Origin: an uncultured virus (IMG/VR IMGVR_UViG_3300026198_000079)
Taxonomy: Duplodnaviria; Heunggongvirae; Uroviricota; Caudoviricetes
Direction: 5' to 3' (one strand)
Virus record (IMG/VR): IMGVR_UViG_3300026198_000079
DNA: 64,000 nucleotides
Shown: positions 1 to 9,113 of the stretch, piece after piece
How positions within the stretch are numbered: position 1 is the stretch's first letter
Layout of the letters: every line of letters begins with the position of its first letter
Notes under the pieces: model-generated
Databases searched by the model: none
Told to the model about the DNA's origin: nothing
What the model saw: only the letters and a program-made list of their open reading frames with translations
Program-made: the position numbers and the translations under genes

Positions 1-600
1 CACCAGGGGATCGTTTCTAAAACTGTATTTAATCTGACACAAGAACAAATCCAGAATCGAAAACGGAACAAATATCACAGCGCACAATATTGTTTTTCTT
101 CCCAAATTATATGCGGTGACTGCGGCAGTTTCTTTGGTTCAAAGGTGTGGCATTCGAATTCAGATTATCGTTGTCGTGTCTGGCAGTGTAATCATCGGTA
201 TGAGCAAGAAAGGAAATGCAGAACTCCTCATTTGTATGAACATGTTATCAAACAAGGCTTTACAGAAGTTATGTGTAAATATCTTTTATCTCTCCCGGAT
301 ATAATTTCCACTTGCCAATCACTTGTTTTTTCTTCACTTCGTTCCAAAAACAAGAGGTCAAATGGTGGCAAAGTCAAAGCAGAGAGACAAAAAGACATAT
401 CTGACTTTTTAAATTCAATCCAACAACAGGAACAATGTCTTTCTATTCCGTTTGATGAAGTGCTGTGGTGCTCCGTAATAGATAAGGCAATTTGCACTTC
501 GGATAATCAATTGGTCTATTGCCTAAAAAATGGTTCCCAACATGCTTGGCCAATCATGCCCTATACTCCAATTTATCATAAAAATAAGCCTGAAGAATAA
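1..600 (+). CDS. Large serine recombinase, C-terminal part (5' end outside window)
   Basis: Frame 1 is open from base 1: HQGIVSKTVF...FSSQIICGDCGSFFGSKVWHS...WQCNHRY...CRTPHL, the same Zn-ribbon as in the neighbouring recombinases. Confidence 0.85.
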   Translation, partial: HQGIVSKTVFNLTQEQIQNRKRNKYHSAQYCFSSQIICGDCGSFFGSKVWHSNSDYRCRVWQCNHRYEQERKCRTPHLYEHVIKQGFTEVMCKYLLSLPDIISTCQSLVFSSLRSKNKRSNGGKVKAERQKDISDFLNSIQQQEQCLSIPFDEVLWCSVIDKAICTSDNQLVYCLKNGSQHAWPIMPYTPIYHKNKPEE

Positions 601-782
601 ACATTACCACCGGCACTACGGCCTACCCTTAGGGAAGCTAACACCCCAAAATAAAAAAATGACCCGACGTGGTCCGCATCGTTGAGAGGCGTGTCGGGTT
701 CTGTTGATATTATATTATGGTTTTTAGGTTTAAACGTCAAAACCCTATTAGTACTGTTGAGTCCCTGCGGGCTTTGGTTCCA

Positions 783-2160
783 TCAGACCTCCCATTGCAG
801 TTTATTGCCGTCTTTAAAAATGAAAGTCAGTTCATGGGTATTGTGTATGATTAGATTCTCAACTGTTGCGTTCCATAGCTCCTCATCAAATCCGGTCAGT
901 AGGACGTCATTTTGTTGTAGTGTCTTGATAAATTCCGCTATCTTCTCACGTTTTGCCCGACGTAAAGCCACCTGATTGCTTATTTCATCAAGCCTGACCC
1001 GGATTTTTTCATAGCGTTTCACCAGATCAGAATACCGCCGCCTATATTCCTCTTGATCAAGAGCTTCACGAGCGTTTTCATCCACACATTCTTGGAGCGA
1101 TCCGCATAAGACCTCAGACTCGCTATGGAGCTTTTCGGCTTCCTGATCAAGAGCATCTGTGTCAGTAAGGTACCGAATGATTTCCTCATACCCCTGAATT
1201 AGTTCATCCTTGTTTTCTATCAGGCTATTAAAGGCGGCTATAAAAGCCTGCTTCAGGGTACCTTCATCAAGGTGTGGGGTCCGGCATTTTTCTTGATTTT
1301 TAAACTTATAATTACATTGCCATATCGTGCGGCAGTATTTGCTGGTTGAGTGCCAAACCTTACTGCCATAAAAATTTCCACACTGCCCGCAGATGATTTT
1401 ATTTGAAAAGCAACTGGTGCTGCTGGTATAACCAGTGGCCTTACGCTTCTGAAGTTCGTGCTGAACAATATCAAATACCTCAGGCGAAATAATAGCCGGA
1501 TGGCTGTTTTCCACATAGTACTGGGGTACTTCGCCTTCGTTGATCTTCTGTTTTTTGGTTAAGAAATCTACGGTGAATTTCTTTTGCAGGATAGCATCGC
1601 CTTTGTACTTTTCATTAGTCAGTATGCTTTGAATAGTACTGGATTGCCATCGCACCTTTCCCGATGGTGTAGGAATACCTTGCTCGGTTAAATGTTTAGC
1701 AATGCCTGATGGTGTTTTCCCTTCCAGGAACAGCTTATAAATCAGCCGAACAATCACCGCCTGGCTTTCCACAATTCTGGGCAGTCCATCCTCACCTTTT
1801 TCATAGCCTAAAAAGTGCTTGTAGGGCATGCTGACCTTGCCATCGGCAAAGCGCTTTCTTTGGCCCCAGGTGACGTTTTCACTGATTGACCGGCTTTCTT
1901 CCTGCGCTAAACTTGACATAATAGTAATCAAAAGTTCGCCCTTGCTGTCCAAGGTATATATGTTTTCTTTTTCGAAGTATACTTCCACGCCTTTTTCCTT
2001 AAGCTGACGGACAGTTGTTAAGGTATCCACTGTATTTCGGGCAAACCTGGACACCGACTTGGTGATGATCAAATCAATCTTTCCTTCCAGGGCATCACGT
2101 ATCATTCTCTTGAAACCATCACGCTTTTTAGTATTGGTTGCCGAAATACCCTCGTCTAAG
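783..2160 (-). pseudogene. Large serine recombinase lacking the N-terminal catalytic YxRVS segment
   Basis: Similarity begins at (L)DEGISATNTKKRDGF; has SRFARN, recombinase and Zn-ribbon regions; ~65 N-terminal aa are missing relative to paralog 2363..3943; upstream DNA is non-coding repeats. Confidence 0.8.
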
Positions 2161-2186
2161 TAGTATCCCAAAGCGATACAATTACA

Positions 2187-2306
2187 TTTTGCCCCTATAC
2201 CTTTTGATTTTGCCTTGAACCTTTTAACTTTGCCCTACACTTTTTGATTTTGCCATACTTTATAATTTTGCCTTGCTCTGCTGTTGCCGTACATTTTAAT
2301 TTTGCA
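2187..2306. repeat. About seven imperfect (T)TTTGCC repeats, 17-21 bp period, at the prophage end
   Basis: TTTTGCC at 2187, 2208, 2248, 2266; CTTTGCC 2228; GTTGCC 2283; TTTTGCA 2300. Confidence 0.75.
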
Positions 2307-2309
2307 TAG

Positions 2310-2349
2310 AGAAAGCCGGACATCCCGCAATCCGCAAGGTGTCCGGCCG
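2310..2349 (-). terminator. Probable intrinsic terminator after the recombinase operon
   Basis: Minus strand GCCGGACAcc...gaTGTCCGGC followed by TTTCTCT. Confidence 0.55.
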
Positions 2350-2362
2350 TGTTCTGCTGCCG

Positions 2363-3943
2363 TTATTTCACACTGATCTCCGTCCCGTTCTTGAAGGTGA
2401 AGCGCACATCCTTCTTCGAGAAAACCGTCACATGGTCGAGAAGGTTGAACCAAAGGTCATCCGTGAATTCCTGTACATCCTCATCCATCTCTGCCAGGTC
2501 ATGAAGGAACGCCTCGATCATTTCCCGCTTTGCCTGACGCTCCATGATCCTGCCGCTGACCTTATCCAGCCGTTCCTTTGTCCTGTCATAGCGTTCGGAG
2601 AGAGCATCATACTTCTTTTGGTAATCCTTCTGATTCTGTGCAACATGGGCGTTCTCGCTGATGCACTGCTCGACCAGTTCCGTTACCACCATGACCTCCT
2701 GTTGCAAGGCTGCCTGTTCTGTCTCCAGCTCCGTGGTATCGTACATCTTGTCCTTGATGGCTTCAAAGGTGGCGATGATCTCGTCCCGCTCCTCTCCGAG
2801 AATCCGCAGGGCTTTGAGGTACAATGCCTTGATGGTGTCCTCGTCCAAATGAGGCGTGGAGCAGTTCTTTCCGTCATCGTACTTGTGATTGCACCGCCAT
2901 ATGACTTTTCTGTACTTGTCATTGGAGTGCCACACCTTCGAGCCGTAAAAGCCGCCGCAGTCACCGCATCGGATTTTGCTGGAGAAAATGCTCACGCAGC
3001 CGTGCCGGTCCGTATCACCGAACCGTCTCTGCATCTCCTTCTGCACCCTGTCAAACTGTGCGGGAGGGATAATCGCTTCATGGTTTCCTTCCACATAGTA
3101 TTGCGGCACCTCGCCCTCGTTCTTCTTCTTTTTCTTTGTCAGGAAGTCCGTAGTGTAGACCTTCTGGAGCAGGGCGTCGCCTTTGTACTTTTCGTTGGTA
3201 AGTATGCTCTCGACCGTTTTCTTGCCCCAGTTCTTTTTACCGCCCGGCGTCGGGATGCCCTCCTCGGTGAGCTGCCGCGCAATCGCATACGGTGTTTTTC
3301 CCTGCAGGAAAAGCCCGTAGATTCTGCGGACGATGACCGCCTGCTCCTCGTTTACCACCAGGTTGCCGTCCTCGCCCCGGTCGTATCCGAGGAAACGCTT
3401 GAACGGCACCGTGACCTTGCCGTCCTGGAAACGCTTTCTCTGTCCCCAGGTGCAGTTCTCCGAAATGGAGCGGCTCTCTTCCTGTGCAAGGCTTGACATG
3501 ATGGTCAGGAGCAATTCGCCCTTGCCGTCAAATGTCCAGATGTTCTCCTTCTCGAAATAGCACTCCGTGCCGTTCTCCTTCAGCTTTCGGATGGTCGTAA
3601 GGCTGTCTACCGTGTTCCTTGCGAAGCGGCTCACGCTTTTTGTCACGATGAGGTCGATTCTTCCCGCCAGGGCATCCTCGACCATAGAATTGAAACCGTC
3701 TCTATGCGTCGTATTGCAGCCGGTTATGCCTTCGTCAGCATACACGGCGACAAACTCCCAATCCTCGCGCCCTTTGATGTAATTCGTGTAGTAGTCCACC
3801 TGTGCCTCGTAGCTCGTCAGCTGTTCGTCCCTGTCCGTTGAAACGCGGGCATAGGCGGCAACCTTCCGCTTTTTCCTGCTGCCGAGGGGAGAGGCTGTGA
3901 ACTTGCTGATGGTGGCGGGTATTGTGATTACGTTCTTTGCCAC
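2363..3943 (-). CDS. Large serine recombinase (integrase)
   Basis: AAYARVST catalytic motif, YADEG, SRFARN, Zn ribbon CGDCG, coiled coil. Confidence 0.95.
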   Translation of the reverse strand: MAKNVITIPATISKFTASPLGSRKKRKVAAYARVSTDRDEQLTSYEAQVDYYTNYIKGREDWEFVAVYADEGITGCNTTHRDGFNSMVEDALAGRIDLIVTKSVSRFARNTVDSLTTIRKLKENGTECYFEKENIWTFDGKGELLLTIMSSLAQEESRSISENCTWGQRKRFQDGKVTVPFKRFLGYDRGEDGNLVVNEEQAVIVRRIYGLFLQGKTPYAIARQLTEEGIPTPGGKKNWGKKTVESILTNEKYKGDALLQKVYTTDFLTKKKKKNEGEVPQYYVEGNHEAIIPPAQFDRVQKEMQRRFGDTDRHGCVSIFSSKIRCGDCGGFYGSKVWHSNDKYRKVIWRCNHKYDDGKNCSTPHLDEDTIKALYLKALRILGEERDEIIATFEAIKDKMYDTTELETEQAALQQEVMVVTELVEQCISENAHVAQNQKDYQKKYDALSERYDRTKERLDKVSGRIMERQAKREMIEAFLHDLAEMDEDVQEFTDDLWFNLLDHVTVFSKKDVRFTFKNGTEISVK

Positions 3944-5835
3944 TTTTTTGCCCTCCTGTCTTTAAAAAAGTATTCCAGACTTCCGTCTTCCAATGCTGTG
4001 ATGTGGTCGATCTGCTCCGTGAATGCTTTCCCGTCAAAATCATCCATGCCGAGAATGTAGGCGGAAACCTTACGGATGTTGAAATCCGCCAGGTCCTGCC
4101 CGTTGCATTCCGTCCTGACCTTGTGCTTGCCGGAGCATCGCCAGTAAACGTACTTTCCGTATCCGCAGTATCTGTGGTAAATGTTTCCGCAGCAGGCGCA
4201 CCGAATCATCCCGGTGAACTCATCCGTGGATGTGGTCTCGTGCCTGTTGCTCCGCAGCTTGAGCGTCTCATATGTCTTGACCGTGCCGTCCTTCAGATGA
4301 AAGTCAATACTGCCGGAGGCTTGAACCACCATGCGGTCGACCGTTTTTGTGAAGTAATCCTCGTCAAAGGTTTTCTTCCCCATGACCCGGCAGAAGATGT
4401 CCCTGATCTCTGAATCGGGATAGTTGACACTGTCGCAGGTGATTCCGTGATTGCTCTTTGCTCGGCAGTACCAGTAAAGGTGACCGCCGTCCGTTGTATC
4501 GCTGATGGCTCTGCCAAACCGTCTGCCACACTTGCCGCAGAAGATTTTCCCGTCGAACAGGTTTCTTGGACGCTTGCTCTCCGGCTTTATTTTCTTCGGC
4601 TTGACCGGCTTTGGCGGCATCTGCCACTGTCTGACCTCGCCGCCATAAAGCTGCATCTCAATACTGCCGTCCGCAAGCGAGGTGATCTGCTTAACATTCC
4701 TCTCGAACGCTTCTTCATCGAATCCGTCCGTTTCCATCAGTTCGGCGCAAATATCCATCAGCTTATGTTCAGGATAATTGTGGCTCTTGCAGGTGACTCC
4801 AGGCTCTTTTTTGCTGCGGCAGATCCAGTCCACATATTCCTTGCCCCTGACCCTGCCTTTCTTCCTCGTAAAGTTCGCCCCGCATACGGCGCATTTGAAC
4901 TTTCCCGTAAAGCAATATGTCGGATTCAGCAGCGAAGCCCGTCGCTCCATTTCCGCTTTTACCTTTGCGTAGGTGTCGCGGTCGATGATAGCCTCGTGGC
5001 TGTCTGCCATGTAATACTGCGGCAGCTCTCCGCGATTTGGCACCTTCCTTTTGGTGATGGGATCTTCGATGTAGCATTTCTGTCGGCGGATATCCCCGGC
5101 ATAGACCTCGTTGAAAATCAGCTGCCGTACTGAGGCTTCCTGAAAGTCATTTCCCAGCGTGGTACGGATGCCCGCATTGTTCATGCTATCCGCAATGTCC
5201 CGCAGGGTAACGCCATCGATGTACATCTGGAACATCCATCTGACCGCCTCGGCTTCTTCGGGAATGATGACATACTTTTTCAGTTCATCATCGTACCGGT
5301 AGCCAAGGATGTGCTTGTTTGCCGCACCGATCTCTCCGTTTTTGAACCGCTTGTGGATGCCCCATTTCACATTTTCGGAAATGCTCCGGCTCTCTTCCTG
5401 GGCAAAAGAAGCGAGGATGGAAAGCATCAGTTCTCCATCCCCGCTCATCGAATTGATCTGCTCTTTCTCGAACCGAACCTCCACACCGATGTCCTTCAAA
5501 TGTCTGACCGTATTCAGCAGATCGACCGTGTTTCTCGCAAACCTGGAAATCGACTTGCAAAGGATGATGTCAATCTTGCCAGCCTCGCAGTCCTCCAGCA
5601 ACCGTCCGAACTCACTGCGTCCTGCGACGAGAGTGCCTGTTATGCCGGAGTCAGCGTACACGCCTGCATATTCCCATTCCGGATTCTTCTGGATGAGATC
5701 GCTGTAATAGCTTACCTGTGCGGAAACGGAGTGAAGCAGCCGCTCGGTGTCCTTGGAGACCCTTGCGTAGGCCGCCACTTTTTTCTTTGCCGGGAGTGCC
5801 TTGATACCCGGCTTGATTCTCGTGATTTTCGGCAT
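3928..5835 (-). CDS. Large serine recombinase with three tandem Zn-ribbon modules
   Basis: AAYARVS, YADSG, SRFARN; CAVCG, CGKCG and CACCG modules. Confidence 0.93.
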   Translation of the reverse strand: MPKITRIKPGIKALPAKKKVAAYARVSKDTERLLHSVSAQVSYYSDLIQKNPEWEYAGVYADSGITGTLVAGRSEFGRLLEDCEAGKIDIILCKSISRFARNTVDLLNTVRHLKDIGVEVRFEKEQINSMSGDGELMLSILASFAQEESRSISENVKWGIHKRFKNGEIGAANKHILGYRYDDELKKYVIIPEEAEAVRWMFQMYIDGVTLRDIADSMNNAGIRTTLGNDFQEASVRQLIFNEVYAGDIRRQKCYIEDPITKRKVPNRGELPQYYMADSHEAIIDRDTYAKVKAEMERRASLLNPTYCFTGKFKCAVCGANFTRKKGRVRGKEYVDWICRSKKEPGVTCKSHNYPEHKLMDICAELMETDGFDEEAFERNVKQITSLADGSIEMQLYGGEVRQWQMPPKPVKPKKIKPESKRPRNLFDGKIFCGKCGRRFGRAISDTTDGGHLYWYCRAKSNHGITCDSVNYPDSEIRDIFCRVMGKKTFDEDYFTKTVDRMVVQASGSIDFHLKDGTVKTYETLKLRSNRHETTSTDEFTGMIRCACCGNIYHRYCGYGKYVYWRCSGKHKVRTECNGQDLADFNIRKVSAYILGMDDFDGKAFTEQIDHITALEDGSLEYFFKDRRAKKWQRT

Positions 5836-5857
5836 GAAATCAACTCCTTTCCGACAC

Positions 5858-5889
5858 TATATATCACTCTAAAAGCCAGTTATATCAAG
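5858..5889 (-). promoter_or_regulatory. Phage promoter-like motif A, copy 1 (recombinase operon)
   Basis: CTTGATA-N-AGAGTGATATATA, 32-bp span, six copies in the prophage. Confidence 0.7.
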
Positions 5890-6056
5890 GGTTTTCCCGA
5901 TAATAATGTAGACAAAGTTGGCTTGTATTTTTCGAGCAGCATTGTATCAATTTTAGTGAACTCTTCTTCTGAAATGACGCCCTTCTTAAGCATCGCTTTC
6001 GCCGTTCCAAGGCACAGAAGGTACATTTTCTCCGCATGAAATTCCGCCTCATTCAT
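5880..6056 (-). CDS. Small SHOCT-like protein of the recombinase module
   Basis: MNEAEF...MLKKGVISEEEF (GxISEEEF motif); GGAGG RBS. Confidence 0.75.
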   Translation of the reverse strand: MNEAEFHAEKMYLLCLGTAKAMLKKGVISEEEFTKIDTMLLEKYKPTLSTLLSGKPLI

Positions 6057-6468
6057 CCGCTCCACCTCCGAATCGATCAGAGATATAGCAGGCATGAGAA
6101 CAATACTTCCGCTTGGAGTTGCCATAGGCAGAGAATGGCTTACCGCAGTGCGGACACGTGTACTGATACACTGCCTTTTGATTCAGCCGTTCCGGATGCT
6201 CCTTCCACCACTTAACGCGGCATTCTTTTGAGCAGAACACGCGCCGTTTCATCCCGTCCACCTGGATCAGTGGCTTTCCACACTCACGGCAGACATCTGC
6301 TGCATCGGTATTCACAACCGGAATCGGCTTTTTTATTTCCTGCAGACCGTTCCTGCGGCAAAAGGATATGACCGCATCCCTGGAAACATCGACCTGCTTT
6401 GCGATTTTCGCATAACTCATACCTTCTCTCCGAAGGTTCCTGATCTGTTCCTTCTGAAATCCATCCAT
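6049..6468 (-). CDS. HTH + zinc-finger protein (candidate recombination directionality or regulatory factor)
   Basis: N-terminal HTH (GMSYAKIAKQVDVSRDAV), CRECG...FCSKEC, CPHCG...YCSHAC. Confidence 0.75.
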   Translation of the reverse strand: MDGFQKEQIRNLRREGMSYAKIAKQVDVSRDAVISFCRRNGLQEIKKPIPVVNTDAADVCRECGKPLIQVDGMKRRVFCSKECRVKWWKEHPERLNQKAVYQYTCPHCGKPFSAYGNSKRKYCSHACYISDRFGGGADE

Positions 6469-6482
6469 GACTGAGACCTCCT

Positions 6483-6518
6483 AAGTCACAGTCAAAAGAT
6501 ATGCGCCGGATTTTAACC
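6483..6518 (-). promoter_or_regulatory. Phage promoter-like motif B, copy 1
   Basis: GGTTAAAATCC-N14-GACTGTGACTT, 36-bp span, four copies. Confidence 0.7.
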
Positions 6519-6525
6519 TCATAAC

Positions 6526-6571
6526 AAAAAAGAGCCTGTGGACACTCCGCAACGGGAATGCCCACAGGCTC
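6526..6571 (-). terminator. Intrinsic terminator after endolysin
   Basis: GAGCCTGTGG...CCACAGGCTC stem followed by a T-run on the minus strand. Confidence 0.8.
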
Positions 6572-6593
6572 AAATAAATTCAGATATTCTTCG

Positions 6594-8090
6594 TTATACA
6601 CGGACGGTATAGTCGAGCGAAATCCATCCCGCGCCGCTCTTTAAGCGTCCCCATCCTGCGGTCGAGCCCTTGCCAGACTTGACCTCCACAATGGTATAAA
6701 CGCCGACAGGGATATACTGCGTCCTCGCATAGTCCGTACCGGGACCCTTACGGATGTTCAAATCGCTGATGCTGACCTTCACGAAGAACGGAACCGCCGC
6801 CGCGGAATCAGATGTTGTGTTCGGTGTGTAGATGTTTACACCGTTTACATCGAACACACTATATCCCGGATTGGCATCCGCGCACTTCTTGGCGTTCTCC
6901 AAAATCTTATACGCGCCTTTCTGCGTTTTGGCGTCCGCCCAGGTCTTACGAACACGGTACCATGCGACAGCCGTCTCGCTTTCCTTCACATCGAACTGCG
7001 TAAGGTTCCACCGCTCGATGATGGAGCAGAGGTTCTGCACATAGGTAAGGCTTGTGGCGTAACCGCCGTCCTTGATGATCTGCGCCGCTTTCTTGTAGTC
7101 GGTGCAGCCCTTCAGACCGTCATAGCGGAGTTTGCTGCCGTTCTTCGCGCCGAGCAGATATGCGGAATGGTCGGCAATGGAATCCTCCACACACGGGTAA
7201 TTGCGGAAGTCCGCTGTGATGGTGGTATAGCTGCCGTCCGTGTTCTGTTCCTTCGTCTGCTTGGTATACTTGCTCGTTCCGTCCCAGTTCGAACCGCTCC
7301 ACGTGTTGCCGGAGAGGGAGCATTTCATGCCGAACACGTTATTGGCGTTCTGCGCCAGCTCCGACTTGCCATATCCGGATTCAAGGATGAACTGCGCCAT
7401 CGAAACCGAGGCGAGGATGCCTGTTCTCTTCTGATCTGCCGTAAACAATGTCCCTACACTCTTTACAACATCCGACTCTGAAAGCGAAGAAAAGGCGGAA
7501 GCCTGTGTTCCTTGTGTAGTTGCGGAACCATCGGTCCCCCCAGTACCACTACCGAGAGCCGCCGTGACCTTTTCCGCAAGATCACCCATCCTGGCATACA
7601 TCCAGTTGCCGGGACAGGACTTATTGGCGAACCACCGATGGACGGTCAGCACCATCTCGCCGGACTTCGGTTCGTAGGCAAGCGTCTTGTCCTTATCGCC
7701 AAACCACAGGAGTTTCGTCTTGCCGTTTCGCTTGCAGATATCCACGCACAGCTTGATGAGCGTCTGATATACGATATCGCGGAACGCATACGGCTCCGTG
7801 GTGTCGGATGCGCACTCGATGGTGATTGCCCTCTGGTCATTGGCATTGGAGGAAGAACACCAGGAGCGGTTCTTCTCCTCCACATACATTCCGACACGAC
7901 CGTCCTTGTCGATGCCGTAATTCGAGGATGCCTGGGTACTGGATTTATAAAACCAGTCCCCAAGTCCCTCCGCCGTACACTGACCGACCACGCAGTGAGG
8001 AGTGATCCGGTCGATGGAATGTGTCCGCAGCCCGGAATGGTTCGGGCTTAGTTTGGTGTAAGCCACCATTGAACTGTTTGTGTAAGCCAT
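6594..8090 (-). CDS. Endolysin: amidase_2 + glucosaminidase + SH3-like domain
   Basis: ITPHCVVG...HRWFANKSCPG amidase; ILESGYG...GYAT glucosaminidase; LNIRKGPG...GWISL. Confidence 0.9.
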   Translation of the reverse strand: MAYTNSSMVAYTKLSPNHSGLRTHSIDRITPHCVVGQCTAEGLGDWFYKSSTQASSNYGIDKDGRVGMYVEEKNRSWCSSSNANDQRAITIECASDTTEPYAFRDIVYQTLIKLCVDICKRNGKTKLLWFGDKDKTLAYEPKSGEMVLTVHRWFANKSCPGNWMYARMGDLAEKVTAALGSGTGGTDGSATTQGTQASAFSSLSESDVVKSVGTLFTADQKRTGILASVSMAQFILESGYGKSELAQNANNVFGMKCSLSGNTWSGSNWDGTSKYTKQTKEQNTDGSYTTITADFRNYPCVEDSIADHSAYLLGAKNGSKLRYDGLKGCTDYKKAAQIIKDGGYATSLTYVQNLCSIIERWNLTQFDVKESETAVAWYRVRKTWADAKTQKGAYKILENAKKCADANPGYSVFDVNGVNIYTPNTTSDSAAAVPFFVKVSISDLNIRKGPGTDYARTQYIPVGVYTIVEVKSGKGSTAGWGRLKSGAGWISLDYTVRV

Positions 8091-8512
8091 TACTCGTCAC
8101 CGTCCTTTCCATCGGTGTCGCGGTCATGGAGCTGCTCCAGCACCGCCTTCAGCTTTTCCGGTATAGGCAGACCCAGGTGCGCGGCATTCTCCGTGAGAGA
8201 TACACCTTCGTTGGAGATGTAGAAAAAGATCACCGCCGTGCGCAGGACGCTGCCCGTGCCGATGACCTGCACATCGAGGATGTTGGCAATCCCCACAAGA
8301 AGAAAAATAAGCACCTTGCGGCAGATACCCTTGAAGCCGACCTCGCTGGAGAGCTTCTTGTCCGCCACAGCGCACATGACGCCCGTGATGTAGTCGATTG
8401 CCACGAACGCCACAAGAGCGATGAGCAGACCGTCACAGCCGCCGAGGAAGTAGCCCAGCCATCCGCCAATTGCCGTAAAGATGAGTTGAATGGTGTTCCA
8501 GAATTCTTTCAT
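8090..8512 (-). CDS. Holin (toxin secretion/phage lysis holin type)
   Basis: MKEFWN..., transmembrane segments, DYITG, NEGVSLTENAAHLGLPIP; adjacent to endolysin. Confidence 0.9.
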   Translation of the reverse strand: MKEFWNTIQLIFTAIGGWLGYFLGGCDGLLIALVAFVAIDYITGVMCAVADKKLSSEVGFKGICRKVLIFLLVGIANILDVQVIGTGSVLRTAVIFFYISNEGVSLTENAAHLGLPIPEKLKAVLEQLHDRDTDGKDGDE

Positions 8513-8617
8513 ACGCTTGTACCTTCCTTTCTCTGGTTGAATTTTTGTATGAAAAAAGCGACTGCCCGCTATGGACAATCGCCGTTTTCCGATGATATTG
8601 TGTTTTGTTGCTTTGCC

Positions 8618-8989
8618 TTACAGGGTGATTTTCTCCCCGGTTATGACATCGCAGATCGTGGTTCCTTCCCCGAATGCCGCCCTTGCCTCGGCGAGCGTCT
8701 CTGCGTCAAGCCCTCTGTGGTTACCGCGATAGGCTTCCAGTTCCTTTGCGATCTGCGTCTCACGCTTCGCTTCCGTTGCCTCCGGTGAAAACCAGGTCGC
8801 TCCGGCAAAAGTCAGCTTCTCGACCACATCTGCCGGGAGGTATGAGCCGTTCGTCTTCCACTTGGCGGCTCCGTCATCCTCTACCTCAATTTTGTCTGCC
8901 TGGTCTAAAAGCCGCTGTGCCTCTTCGCGGGCATGCTTCTTCCAGAACTCTCCAAGTTCTCCGTTCCATTCTCTTTCAAATCTTGTCAT
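8618..8989 (-). CDS. Hypothetical protein (moron-like, with own promoter motif)
   Basis: 123-aa ORF with GGAGG RBS, motif A upstream, hairpin plus T-run downstream at ~8552-8585. Confidence 0.75.
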   Translation of the reverse strand: MTRFEREWNGELGEFWKKHAREEAQRLLDQADKIEVEDDGAAKWKTNGSYLPADVVEKLTFAGATWFSPEATEAKRETQIAKELEAYRGNHRGLDAETLAEARAAFGEGTTICDVITGEKITL

Positions 8990-9019
8990 TGCCGTACCCT
9001 CCGTTCGTTTTGGTATGTA

Positions 9020-9100
9020 CATATATCACTCTGAACCGCGCATTTATCAAGGTAATTCGGAGCATAATCTGTACAAATATCAGAGGCAGAAACTGTGTAT
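9020..9100 (-). promoter_or_regulatory. Motif A copy 2 with upstream inverted-repeat box
   Basis: CTTGATA...CAGAGTGATATATG at 9051-9020; TACAAA...CTGTGTA box at 9064-9100. Confidence 0.7.
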
Positions 9101-9113
9101 TGTTTTCATAGTG

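Noticed and set aside
600..782. att site between the two convergent recombinases
   Set aside because: Hairpin GACCCGAC/GTCGGGTT present but no matching partner site in the window; could be a simple terminator
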